The position numbers and the translations under genes are program-made. 40,517 nucleotides of DNA, taken from contig CAZIRO010000004.1 of assembly GCA_964541595.1 (NCBI GenBank), forward strand, positions 1 through 40,517. Reading direction: 5' to 3'. How positions within the stretch are numbered: position 1 is the stretch's first letter; every line of letters begins with the position of its first letter. The notes beneath the pieces are model-generated. The model did no database searches. It saw only the letters and a program-made list of their open reading frames with translations, and was not told the origin of the DNA. Below, in pieces: positions 23,082 to 32,607 of this stretch. Source of the DNA: an uncultured Acidobacteriota bacterium (GTDB lineage Bacteria > Acidobacteriota > HRBIN11).

Positions 23082-23972
23082 TTATTCCGACCACTTCAGT
23101 TTCGTGCGTAACATCTGAAAAAACGATCGGTCCGGATTGGCCACAAACGCCAGCGGAGTATCCGCACGCCGGACCCGAACCCGATCCTGAAACACCATGG
23201 GATGTCCCATCTGCCCGTCCATGGTGACCACGGCCTGATGGTCCGGACGGAGCAACGAAACCTCAACGATCACATTGTCCGGGAGCAGGATCGGCCGTTG
23301 TGTCAACGTATGCGGACAGATGGGTGTGAGCAGAATGGTCGGGATTTCCGGGTGCACAATGGAGCCACCGGCAGCGAGTGAATACGCCGTCGATCCGGTC
23401 GGCGTGGCGATAATGAGTCCATCCGCACGATAGTCCGCGAGGAATTCCGTATTCACATGGACCCGCAGATCGATGATACGGGCGAGCATCGCCTGCGTAA
23501 TCACGACGTCATTCAGTGCGGTAAAGCGAGCGAGCGTTTCATCATCGCGAATGATCTCCGCAGTCAGCATACTTCGCAACTGGATCTGGAGTCGTCCATC
23601 GGCGAGCGCCCGCATGAACGTGTCAATCTCCTCCACGGTAAATTCCGTGAGAAAGCCGATACGACCCAGATGAAATCCCATAATTGGCACATCGCGGTCA
23701 TGCGCCATCTGCACGGCCTGCAAAAAGGTCCCATCGCCGCCGAGCACGATCAATGCGTCCACATACTCCACCAGGTGGTCCATGGAAACCCATTCCACCG
23801 ACGCCGCCGTCGGGTCCGAAAGCCACGCGCGGTATTCTTCCGGCATCACCGGGAGACCACCCAACCGTACGAGTCCACGGATCAGACGGATAGCCGTCTC
23901 CCGCGCACGGGCATGATGTCGTTTGACCAGGAACCCGAAGCGACGAAACCGTTCCAGTGACAGTGTTTGCAT
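23082..23972 (-). CDS. nadK: NAD(+) kinase
   Basis: GGDGTFL, GRIGFL, LND, DGLIIATPTGSTAYSLAAGG. Confidence 0.95.
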   Translation of the reverse strand: MQTLSLERFRRFGFLVKRHHARARETAIRLIRGLVRLGGLPVMPEEYRAWLSDPTAASVEWVSMDHLVEYVDALIVLGGDGTFLQAVQMAHDRDVPIMGFHLGRIGFLTEFTVEEIDTFMRALADGRLQIQLRSMLTAEIIRDDETLARFTALNDVVITQAMLARIIDLRVHVNTEFLADYRADGLIIATPTGSTAYSLAAGGSIVHPEIPTILLTPICPHTLTQRPILLPDNVIVEVSLLRPDHQAVVTMDGQMGHPMVFQDRVRVRRADTPLAFVANPDRSFFQMLRTKLKWSE

Positions 23973-23997
23973 GGCACCCGCATCTCCCGAATGCATG

Positions 23998-25413
23998 TTA
24001 CGACCGCCGTTTGCGTAACAGCATTTCCACTTCCCGACGGCGACGGGCTTCCTGCCGGGAACGGTACGCACCCCACTTTCTCTGTAACACAAACCACCCG
24101 CGTCCGACGAGAAATAGACCCCGCCACCAGAACAACCCCCGGGCACGGGCCCTGCGCAGGTCTGTACCCCACCACCACGCTGGATGGACACGTGCATGCG
24201 TCAGATCCGCATACTGGAAATTGGCCAAAGTCAATCGCGCCTTGCGAAAATCCGCGCCCACCAACTGTGCAAAACGGAAGTCCGCGCGATCGAATCGTCC
24301 TTCCCGCAGGTCCGCAAGGCCCATTCGCGCACGACCGAAATCCGCTTCTCGTGCCTCCGCCCCGACCAGCCGTGCACGCTCGAGACAGGCGCGGCGAAAC
24401 CGCGCACGGACAAGGTATGCGTGGGAAAAGTCCGCGCCGGTGAGATTGGCATCGGAGAAATCCGCTGCACCCCCGTCCGCCTGGGTGAAATCGCAGCCAC
24501 TGAGATCGAGTCCCGTAAATTGACACCGTTCCAGCCGCGCGCCTTTCCAGATACACTGTGCAAACCGTGCCGTATGAAAATCGACACCCGGCCAACTGGA
24601 CTGCGCGAACGTTACCCGCACCCACTGACTCTGCGCAACGTGGACCGACTGCGCGGACACCTTCCGGAAGACGCTTTCCAACCAGCGACTCTCCGTGAGG
24701 TCCGCGCTGTCCAATACGACGTTCTCCAGATTGCACTGCTTTCCGTAGACGAACCGCAGGTTTGCGGTCGTCAGCAGGGCATTCGTTAGCTGCACATGCT
24801 GCCAGCGCGCTCGAAAGAAGTTCGCACGCTGAAGATGGCTCCGCGCCGCCTGGACGTGTTGCCATTCACTCTCCCGCCATATCGAACGGTCCGCGTGTAC
24901 TTCGAGGAAATGCACGTTTTCCAGAGAAGCGCCGGTACAATCCGCATCGATCAGACGAATACGATTCAACTGGGCCTGAAAAAACCGCGCATACCGGAAG
25001 GTGCATGCGGTAAACGCCGCACCGTCCAGCCGGGCGTGGGCAAAATCCACGTGATCAAACCGGCACCCCTGGAATTCCCCGTTGCGCAGATCCGCATGCC
25101 GCAATGAGGCACCGGTCAGATCCACATCCTGCCACTGCGCAAAACTCAAATCGACGTGATCGAGAATGGCATCCGCAAGACGGGCACCCTGGATATGCAC
25201 ACCGTGCAGATCCGCACCGGTAAGGTTGGCCTGGGAGAGGTCTGCTTGTTCCAGATTGGCCCGGCGCAGTACGGCACGTTCCAGATTGAGTCCGCGCAAT
25301 TGCAGTCCCCGCAGATCGGCACCCTGTAAGTCCGGAGTGATCTCCGGGTGTGCCGCTCGCCACGCATTCCAGGTACCGGTGCGAATGTGTTCCACATGGG
25401 TCGGATCGGCCAT
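23998..25413 (-). CDS. Pentapeptide repeat protein
   Basis: About 380 aa of A(D/N)LxxA-type repeats; WNAWR N-terminal cap; Trp/Arg-rich C-terminal tail. Confidence 0.9.
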   Translation of the reverse strand: MADPTHVEHIRTGTWNAWRAAHPEITPDLQGADLRGLQLRGLNLERAVLRRANLEQADLSQANLTGADLHGVHIQGARLADAILDHVDLSFAQWQDVDLTGASLRHADLRNGEFQGCRFDHVDFAHARLDGAAFTACTFRYARFFQAQLNRIRLIDADCTGASLENVHFLEVHADRSIWRESEWQHVQAARSHLQRANFFRARWQHVQLTNALLTTANLRFVYGKQCNLENVVLDSADLTESRWLESVFRKVSAQSVHVAQSQWVRVTFAQSSWPGVDFHTARFAQCIWKGARLERCQFTGLDLSGCDFTQADGGAADFSDANLTGADFSHAYLVRARFRRACLERARLVGAEAREADFGRARMGLADLREGRFDRADFRFAQLVGADFRKARLTLANFQYADLTHARVHPAWWWGTDLRRARARGLFWWRGLFLVGRGWFVLQRKWGAYRSRQEARRRREVEMLLRKRRS

Positions 25414-25416
25414 GCG

Positions 25417-26238
25417 CTATTCCCCCGTTGATGTAGCCGCTCCCGGCCAGACCACATCCAGAGGGATGTCCGGGAGCTCGGCCGCAATATACTGCACGAC
25501 CGCCTCCATCTCCGTACGTGTCAATGGCCGCACACCCGGATACGCCGGATATCGATCTACCGTATACAACTGAATAGATTTCGGAACCAGGGCCTGCTGA
25601 CGAATCCAGGATGTCCATGCGGCCAGCGCATCGGGACGGATGTTTTTGCCCCTGCCGGCCAGGACCATGACCTGGAGATGAAAATCCCGGAGTTTGCGCA
25701 ATCCTTCGATGAAATGCGTCCACCGAAAACCAAACCGCGGCCGGTCCACCGTGATCAGATCAGCCCCCACCCCGTCCAGTTTTACCGAACGCTCGTCCAA
25801 ACGGTTCACCGCCCGCGCGATGCCATCCACGTGCAGACGCGTCCCGTTGGTCAGGATCCAGGTGCGTGCCCCGGGGAAAAAGCGGTCCCTCGCCTCCAGG
25901 AGGATCGCGATCAATTCCGGTGTGCGCGGATGTAACGTCGGTTCCCCGTTACCGGAGATCGTGATCGCATCCACACGGACGTTGCGTTCCGCCAGTTCCG
26001 CAAACACCCGCATGACTTCACGTGCAAATACGTCCACGCGGACGAAATCCTCCCGTCGCGGAAGCCGTTCCGTACGCCCGAGTTGACAGTACAGACAGTC
26101 GAAATTGCACACCTTGATCCACGGCGCAAACCAGTTGATTCCCAGGGACATCCCCAGTCGGCGTGAACGGACCGGGCCGTACACATACGTGCCGACCAGA
26201 TCGTGTCCCCGCTTCCGAGACAATACCGTTGCAGACAT
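25417..26238 (-). CDS. Radical SAM Fe-S protein (COG0731-like)
   Basis: YGPVRSRRLGMSLGIN, CNFDCLYC, SGNGEPTL, LTNG. Confidence 0.85.
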   Translation of the reverse strand: MSATVLSRKRGHDLVGTYVYGPVRSRRLGMSLGINWFAPWIKVCNFDCLYCQLGRTERLPRREDFVRVDVFAREVMRVFAELAERNVRVDAITISGNGEPTLHPRTPELIAILLEARDRFFPGARTWILTNGTRLHVDGIARAVNRLDERSVKLDGVGADLITVDRPRFGFRWTHFIEGLRKLRDFHLQVMVLAGRGKNIRPDALAAWTSWIRQQALVPKSIQLYTVDRYPAYPGVRPLTRTEMEAVVQYIAAELPDIPLDVVWPGAATSTGE

Positions 26239-26300
26239 GGTGCGCTCCCTCGTTCCGACCGCCCGGAATGAAGCCCATGCGGAGGAATCCGCCCCGGCGT

Positions 26301-27224
26301 TTACGCGATCCGTTCGGTGACCCGATCGGCCAGCGCGTGCAACAGTCCCTTCCGGTCCCAGGCGGTAACGGCCGCTTTCGCCCGTTCGCGCCACCGGATG
26401 GCCTCCTCGCGTGCACGGTCCAGTCCAACCGCCCGCGGATACGTCGCTTTCATCGTCTGCACGTCTTTACCCGCTGTCTTCCCGAGTACCTGACTCGTCT
26501 GAGTCACGTCCAGGATATCATCGACAATCTGAAAGGCAATCCCCAGGGCCTCGCCGTACGCCTGGAGCGCCTGCTGCACCCGGGGTTCAACCTGTGCAAT
26601 CTTGCCGCCGATCTCACACGCCGCGGTGATCAGGGCGGCGGTCTTATACCGGTGGATCCGCTGCACATGCGCTGCGTCCACCGGTCGACCTTCCGCTTCC
26701 AGATCAAGCACCTGGCCGACCACCATTCCGGAAAGCCCGGCACGCAACGCAAGAATCCGCATGACCTCCAGTCCGATCGCCGGGTGCGCGTTTAAAAAGG
26801 GGCAACGTCCCAGGAGTTCAAACGCATAGGTGAGTAATGCATCCCCAGCAAGGATCGCCATCGCTTCCCCGAACCGGACATGACAGGCCGGCCGTCCCCT
26901 GCGTAGTGTATCGTTGTCCATGGCGGGCAGATCGTCATGAATCAGAGAATACGTATGGATGCATTCGATCGCACACGCGCTATACCGATACCGTTCCATC
27001 TCGGTGCCGAACGTCTCTCCCACGGCCAGCATCAACACGGGCCGAAATCGTTTGCCCGGTGCGAGTAATGAATAACGCATGGCTTCCCAGAGGCGCGGTG
27101 CCGGTGTCCTCTCCGGGGGGCGTACGAGTTCGTCCAGCCACCGGTCGATCAGTGCTGCGCGTTCGACGAGATACGCGGTCAGGTCCTTACGGACGGGTAC
27201 AGGCATGATCGGATGCAACCCCAT
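26301..27224 (-). CDS. ispA: Polyprenyl (farnesyl/geranylgeranyl) diphosphate synthase
   Basis: GKRFRP, SLIHDDLPAMD..RRG, GQVLD, KTA, FQIVDDILD. Confidence 0.92.
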   Translation of the reverse strand: MGLHPIMPVPVRKDLTAYLVERAALIDRWLDELVRPPERTPAPRLWEAMRYSLLAPGKRFRPVLMLAVGETFGTEMERYRYSACAIECIHTYSLIHDDLPAMDNDTLRRGRPACHVRFGEAMAILAGDALLTYAFELLGRCPFLNAHPAIGLEVMRILALRAGLSGMVVGQVLDLEAEGRPVDAAHVQRIHRYKTAALITAACEIGGKIAQVEPRVQQALQAYGEALGIAFQIVDDILDVTQTSQVLGKTAGKDVQTMKATYPRAVGLDRAREEAIRWRERAKAAVTAWDRKGLLHALADRVTERIA

Positions 27225-27334
27225 TTCCCGGATTTCCAGGACATTATAGTCGCGCCCACGGAATTTGCACAGTCGACGAAACGTCGGCGATCGAACGGTC
27301 CGGTGTCCCGATGGCGTGCCACAAAAATCACAGA

Positions 27335-27427
27335 AAGTGAGGACAGGAGAGGAAATGTGACGGTGTGAAAAGTCACGACGGTTTCAATGCATGACAGCCA
27401 TTCGCGTCACTTTTCTCCTCGTCACTT
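27335..27427. repeat. Imperfect inverted repeat sharing a motif with 15752-15806
   Basis: AAGTGA..AGGAGA..GTGACG / CGTCAC..CTCCT..TCACTT; contains ATGCATGACAGCCATTCGCGTCACTTTTC. Confidence 0.45.
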
Positions 27428-27445
27428 CACTTGAGAAAAGAACCA

Positions 27446-28294
27446 CTAAGGCCCCACCGCTTCCGATGCCCGATCCGAAACAACGGTTGGATCGGCGACA
27501 CGTTCCGAGAACCGGGGGAACACGCCGTTGCGAACCTGAATCAAACGGGCGAGAATACTCACCGCGACTTCGTACGGGGATTTTCCACCAATGGGCACAC
27601 CGATCGGGGCATCCACCGCCTCAAGACGCGTCCGGGGAACGCCTGCACGTACCAGCGCCTGAAACGTCGACCGTACTTTCGTACGACTGCCGATCATGCC
27701 AATGTAAGCGACGTCATACCCGATCATGCGACGCAACACTTTTGCATCCACATCGTGACAACGGGTCACGATGACAATGTATGCCGAAGACGGCGGCGGC
27801 GGAATGTGTGCCGTGTACGCGCGATCCGTACAGATCGCCCGTACATCGGCCGTCTTCGGCAGCCGATCCAGCCACTCCGGCCGATCGTCGATCACCGTGA
27901 TCTCGAACAGACGCGTCTGTGCAGCCAGCGTACAGAGCGCCTGACCGATGTGACCCGCACCGAAGATCCACAGTGGCGTCCGGGGATACACGACCTCAAA
28001 ATAAACCTGCACACGACCGCCGCACCGCATGCCGAGACTGCGATAATTCAAATCGTATTCCTTCACCGCAGAACAGAGATCGCCCCGCAGGATGGTCAGT
28101 GCATCCCGAATCACGGCCGCTTCAAACGGACCGCCGCCGATCGTGAACTCCGTGTGGCCGTCGGCACGGACGATCAGACGACTACCGGGTGCGTTCGGCG
28201 CGGAACCCCGGCAGCCGATCAGATGCGCGATGACGAGCGGTTGACCCTGTTTAAGCAGATCCAGCACACGTGCGTAAAACGTTCGGTCATCCAT
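27446..28294 (-). CDS. XdhC/CoxI-family molybdoenzyme maturation factor
   Basis: GSAP, TIGGG, CGG, FGAGH, DDR, YIGMIGSR, PIG...GGKSP. Confidence 0.9.
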   Translation of the reverse strand: MDDRTFYARVLDLLKQGQPLVIAHLIGCRGSAPNAPGSRLIVRADGHTEFTIGGGPFEAAVIRDALTILRGDLCSAVKEYDLNYRSLGMRCGGRVQVYFEVVYPRTPLWIFGAGHIGQALCTLAAQTRLFEITVIDDRPEWLDRLPKTADVRAICTDRAYTAHIPPPPSSAYIVIVTRCHDVDAKVLRRMIGYDVAYIGMIGSRTKVRSTFQALVRAGVPRTRLEAVDAPIGVPIGGKSPYEVAVSILARLIQVRNGVFPRFSERVADPTVVSDRASEAVGP

Positions 28295-28297
28295 CGA

Positions 28298-29806
28298 TCA
28301 CGCCGGTGAACCCTCGAGTAAGGTCCGCAAGCGGACCTTACTGTAAGCCTTGGCCATGGTGACATACCGTTTGACATCGTTCCAGGACTTGATCGACTTC
28401 AGGGCCTTCGGAATCTTACGCAATACGCTGTATCCCTGGACCTGCGACCACTCAAACAGCAGTTCACTGATCTGCTCCCAGGAAAGTCGATCGATATACA
28501 GCGGAATGTCCCCCTGCGACGCCGGGAGCGTTACAATACCCTCCGGATTCGGTACACTCCAGGAGAAATCACGCGGAATGATCCCCTCACGGCGTGCCCG
28601 GGCTTCGATCGGCGTTCCCGGATAAATGTGCATAATGCTGATCGAAACATCGATCTGCTGGTTGCGCTCCCTGGCCTCCCGTTTCAGACTCAAAATGTAG
28701 TCCATCGTCATCCGGGCCTCTTCATACGTTTCCGTCGGATGCGAGAAGATAAAGAACGGATTCGGGATGATCCCGAGATCCCAGCACCAGCGGATCACCC
28801 GCGTCACCTTGTCGATCGTGAATCCCTTGCCCTTCCGAATGACTTCCTGCAGAATCCGCGGAGACGCCGATTCCACGCCCATGCCGATGAGGAAACAACC
28901 GGCTTCGCGCATCTTCTTTAACAGTGCATAGTCCACCGTATCGATACGGATCTCACAGTACCAGGACAGATCGAGTTTCGCATCGATGATGAGGTCACAC
29001 AGATCATGAATGCGCCGCGGATTGAATGTAAACGTGTCATCGAAAAACCAGAGCCCCCGTACCCCGTACTCATTCACAAGGATGTGGATCTCCTCCATAA
29101 TGCGTTCCGGAGAATTCGCCCGAACCTTTCGTCCCCAGTTAAACGGCGTGGCACAGAACTCACAGGTAAACGGACACCCGCGGCTCGTCATCAGATTCAA
29201 TGCCCGCCGTCGACCTTTGTGCGGATCGTCCACATGAAACGTATACGCATGCATAGGATACAGATGCCGCGCGGGAAAGGGCAATTCGTCGAGGTTCTCG
29301 ATCACCGGACGGGGCGGGGTATGGAATATCGTGCCATCCCGGTCCCGGAAAGAGATTCCGCGGACTCTTTTCAGATCGCCGCCGCGTTCCAGCGCCTGCA
29401 CGAGTTCGAGCATGGTGAATTCACCTTCTCCGCGCACAATGAAATCGCACCACGGCACATGCGTCAGCGTGTCCTCCGCGGCATTCCATACGTGCGGTCC
29501 CCCGAGGACCGTGATCACATGTGGAAAGTGTTGTTTGATCAGGCGAAGCGTCTCGAACGCGTAAAACCGGTTCTCGGTGGTGAACGTCAGGCCGACAATG
29601 TCCGGACTCCACTGCCGCACTTCCCGCACGACGTCATCGTAGGTCATGCGCAGGGCATTCGCGTCAAGAATCCCACAGGTATATCCCTCCTGTTCCAGCA
29701 CAGCGGCGATATAGCCAATACCCAGCGCGGGGATCAGTTCACCGTGGCTCCACCGTTCCGCAAGGTATCCACCCGGCGGTACCATCAACAGGATACGCGT
29801 GGACAT
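28298..29806 (-). CDS. Cobalamin-binding radical SAM protein
   Basis: LGIGYIAAVL, GGPH, GEGE B12 domain; TSRGCPFTCEFC; FFDDTF; GVES; GGAGG RBS before ATG 29806. Confidence 0.9.
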   Translation of the reverse strand: MSTRILLMVPPGGYLAERWSHGELIPALGIGYIAAVLEQEGYTCGILDANALRMTYDDVVREVRQWSPDIVGLTFTTENRFYAFETLRLIKQHFPHVITVLGGPHVWNAAEDTLTHVPWCDFIVRGEGEFTMLELVQALERGGDLKRVRGISFRDRDGTIFHTPPRPVIENLDELPFPARHLYPMHAYTFHVDDPHKGRRRALNLMTSRGCPFTCEFCATPFNWGRKVRANSPERIMEEIHILVNEYGVRGLWFFDDTFTFNPRRIHDLCDLIIDAKLDLSWYCEIRIDTVDYALLKKMREAGCFLIGMGVESASPRILQEVIRKGKGFTIDKVTRVIRWCWDLGIIPNPFFIFSHPTETYEEARMTMDYILSLKREARERNQQIDVSISIMHIYPGTPIEARARREGIIPRDFSWSVPNPEGIVTLPASQGDIPLYIDRLSWEQISELLFEWSQVQGYSVLRKIPKALKSIKSWNDVKRYVTMAKAYSKVRLRTLLEGSPA

Positions 29807-29975
29807 TGCACCCTCCACACGGACAATAACGGGTTCCACTCCGGGGGCGACCGTATTTCACTCTATCGGAAGGACGGCCTTTCGTCAATGGCAAGGCGTG
29901 GCGGGCTGTTCGAATGGTCATGCGGGCACCCGACGCTCCGGACAAACCGACTGTTTGCTGCTTCGATGACGCGTA

Positions 29976-30051
29976 TGGCTGGGGCGGCAGGACTCGAACC
30001 TGCGAATGTGGGATCCAAAGTCCCATGCCTTACCTGCTTGGCTACGCCCCA
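29976..30051 (-). tRNA. tRNA-Gln (anticodon TTG)
   Basis: TGGGGCGTAGCCAAGCAGGTAAGGCA TGGGA CT TTG GA TCCCA...GGTTCGAGTCC...CCA. Confidence 0.95.
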
Positions 30052-30067
30052 GCATGTCCTGTATACT

Positions 30068-30096
30068 ATTATGGGCGACCGACGGCTATTCTGCAA
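30068..30096 (-). promoter_or_regulatory. Predicted sigma70 promoter for tRNA-Gln
   Basis: TTGCAG-17 nt-CATAAT. Confidence 0.55.
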
Positions 30097-30241
30097 GCCA
30101 CGTTTGCCCCCGCGGTCATCACCGCATCGTCCGTAAATATTGAATATTTATGAATATCGATAAACCGGGAAGTTTCGCAGCGACGTGCACGCATACGGCG
30201 CGTGTACGCAGCACCCTGCAGAGGCAACAGGAGATGCCATC

Positions 30242-31432
30242 ATGGGTCGACCCGGACGACCTGTAGTCATCATCGGATACGCACGCACACCGATCGGGAG
30301 TTTTCTCGGGAGCCTGCGCACGCTGAGTGCCCCGCAACTCGGTGCAGTGGCCATCCAAGCCGCGCTGCAACGCGCACACGTCGCGCCCACCGACGTGCAG
30401 GAAGTCATCATGGGTCAGGTCATCCAGGCAGGCACCGGTCAGGCGCCCGCCCGTCAGGCGGCGATATTCGCCGGCCTGCCGACGTCCGTCGAGTGTCTGA
30501 CCGTCAACAAGGTCTGCGGTTCCGGTCTGAAGGCCGTCATGCTCGGCGCGCAGGCGATCGCGCTTGCGGACGCCGACATCGTCGTTGCCGGTGGCATGGA
30601 GAGCATGAGTCGGGCACCGTATCTCCTGGATCGGGCCCGCAGCGGATATCGGCTCGGGCATGCGGAACTCTACGATGCGATGATCCTGGACGGTTTGTGG
30701 GACGTCTATAACCGCATGCACATGGGCAACTGTGCGGAGCACTGCGCACGGAAACTGCACATCTCGCGAGCAGAACAGGACGCGTATGCGGAAGAGAGTT
30801 ACCGCCGGGCCCTGCACGCGATGGACCAGGGGTGGTTTGATCGGGAAATCGTCCCCGTTGAGGTCCGGGATCGAAAGGGGCGACTGACGGTGGTTCGGGA
30901 AGACGAGGAACCCCGCCGATTCCAGCCGGAGAAGATGCAACAGTTGCCGCCGGTATTCGATCCGGAGGGCTCGATCACGGCAGCGAACGCGTCGAAGATC
31001 AACGACGGTGCAGCGGCCGTGGTCATCGCTGCCGAAGACGTGGCGCGCGCCCGCGGACTCCCCATTCTCGCGCACATTGTCGACTTCTGCGCGGCGGCCC
31101 GGGACCCGATCGAGTTCCCGCTCGCACCGATCAACGCCATCGAAAAACTGCTCGCGCGGACGGGGCTCCGTCCGGAGGCCATCGATCTTTACGAGATCAA
31201 CGAGGCCTTTGCCGCCGTGGCCATCGGCGTCATCCGGGAACTCCGCCTCGACCCCGCCCGGGTGAACGTGCACGGCGGCGCCGTCGCCCTCGGTCACCCG
31301 ATCGGGGCAAGCGGCGCCCGACTGCTCTGCACGCTGCTGAACGCACTGGAGATCCACGGGGGGCGCTACGGCGTGGTCAGCCTCTGCCTCGGCGGCGGCG
31401 AGGCGGTGGCCATGCTCGTCGCGCGGGATTGA
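30242..31432 (+). CDS. Acetyl-CoA C-acetyltransferase (thiolase)
   Basis: NKVCGSG, GGMESMS, INEAF, GHPIGASG, CLGGG. Confidence 0.95.
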   Translation: MGRPGRPVVIIGYARTPIGSFLGSLRTLSAPQLGAVAIQAALQRAHVAPTDVQEVIMGQVIQAGTGQAPARQAAIFAGLPTSVECLTVNKVCGSGLKAVMLGAQAIALADADIVVAGGMESMSRAPYLLDRARSGYRLGHAELYDAMILDGLWDVYNRMHMGNCAEHCARKLHISRAEQDAYAEESYRRALHAMDQGWFDREIVPVEVRDRKGRLTVVREDEEPRRFQPEKMQQLPPVFDPEGSITAANASKINDGAAAVVIAAEDVARARGLPILAHIVDFCAAARDPIEFPLAPINAIEKLLARTGLRPEAIDLYEINEAFAAVAIGVIRELRLDPARVNVHGGAVALGHPIGASGARLLCTLLNALEIHGGRYGVVSLCLGGGEAVAMLVARD

Positions 31433-31434
31433 GG

Positions 31435-31450
31435 TGTTCCACGTGGAACA
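31435..31450. other. parS centromere-like site
   Basis: Perfect palindrome TGTTCCACGTGGAACA matching the bacterial parS consensus. Confidence 0.9.
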
Positions 31451-31469
31451 CCCCGCCGACACCCGGTGT

Positions 31470-32348
31470 TCACGCATGGCGCGGTTCCGCGTACGCCCAC
31501 CCCTCCGGGAAGATCTGTCCGCTGCACACCCGGCGGGCCTCCCCTTCGACCTCGATCGCCATCAGACGGGGTCCCTGCGGCGCCAGGCGCACGACGAGAT
31601 CGACCCCGGCCCGGGTGTGAAAACGGTACTCCGGCCAGCGCAGCCCCTTCGCGTGGAAGGCGAGGGCGGTGCTCACACATCCGCTGCCACAGGAATACGT
31701 CTCCGCCTCGACCCCCCGTTCGTACGTGCGGATGTCGATCTCCCCGGCGCGCACGATGTGCACGAAATTCACATTCGTTCCACGTGGAACAAACGCCGCA
31801 TGCCAGCGGAGCCGTCGTCCGTAATACGTGACGTTGATGTTCCAGATGTTGCGGACCGGGACCACGATATGGGGATCGCCGACGCGCACGTAGTGGTAGC
31901 GCAGCCCGATGGTGTCCAGGCGGATGTGTCGATCGAGCGCGAGTTCAACCGTGCGCAGCATCCGCAGGGTGACGCGATCGTATTCGACGTGCGCCTCGAT
32001 GAGCCCGACGTTCGTTTCGATGGTGAGTTGACGGTGCGTGATGACGTGCACGACGGCGTACCGCGCCACACACCGCGTGCCGTTCATACACATGTTGAAT
32101 TCGGTGCCGTCCGGATTGAAAAACCGGACGCGGATGTGTGCCTTGACGCTGGACTCGAGGAGAATGAGGCCGTCCGCCCCGATCGAGAGGTGCCGATCGC
32201 AGAGGCGCCGGGCCAGGGTGGACGCGTGGGCAGAATATACACCGGAGCGGTTGTCCAGAATGATAAAGTCGTTGCCGGCGCCCACCCACTTGTCAAAGGG
32301 GATCGCTTCCGGATGGTCCGGGCCGAATGTCGGCGCGCGGTGCGTCAT
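31470..32348 (-). CDS. dapF: Diaminopimelate epimerase
   Basis: GAGNDF, IGADG, FNPDGTEFNMCMNG, GDPH, TYERGV, SCGSG (both catalytic Cys present). Confidence 0.88.
   Translation of the reverse strand: MTHRAPTFGPDHPEAIPFDKWVGAGNDFIILDNRSGVYSAHASTLARRLCDRHLSIGADGLILLESSVKAHIRVRFFNPDGTEFNMCMNGTRCVARYAVVHVITHRQLTIETNVGLIEAHVEYDRVTLRMLRTVELALDRHIRLDTIGLRYHYVRVGDPHIVVPVRNIWNINVTYYGRRLRWHAAFVPRGTNVNFVHIVRAGEIDIRTYERGVEAETYSCGSGCVSTALAFHAKGLRWPEYRFHTRAGVDLVVRLAPQGPRLMAIEVEGEARRVCSGQIFPEGWAYAEPRHA
31776..31791. other. Second parS site, inside dapF
   Basis: CGTTCCACGTGGAACA, 15/16 identical to the first site. Confidence 0.8.
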
Positions 32349-32607
32349 GAGTCTCCGGCCATTCGATTTCGTATTGTTCGATGATGGGATTCGTCAGGAT
32401 GCGTTCCGCGATCGTCCGGATCTGCGCACGTGCGCGGTCGTTGAGCGGTCCCTGCCACTCGATGACGAACACCTTGCCGGTGTGGACCTGCAGCGCGCGG
32501 TCGTATCCGAGGGTGTGCAACACGTTGCGGATGGTTTTCCCCTGTGGATCGAGCACGCCCGGCTTATACCGCACAATGACGCGCACGCGTGCCACGTCCG
32601 TACTCAT
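32293..32607 (-). CDS. purS: Phosphoribosylformylglycinamidine synthase subunit PurS
   Basis: KPGVLDPQG, GK, LTNPIIE. Confidence 0.9.
   Translation of the reverse strand: MSTDVARVRVIVRYKPGVLDPQGKTIRNVLHTLGYDRALQVHTGKVFVIEWQGPLNDRARAQIRTIAERILTNPIIEQYEIEWPETHDAPRADIRPGPSGSDPL

Noticed and set aside
27254-27269. Sigma54 promoter-like GCCCACGGAATTTGCA
   Set aside because: Lacks the invariant GG at -24 and faces no plus-strand gene
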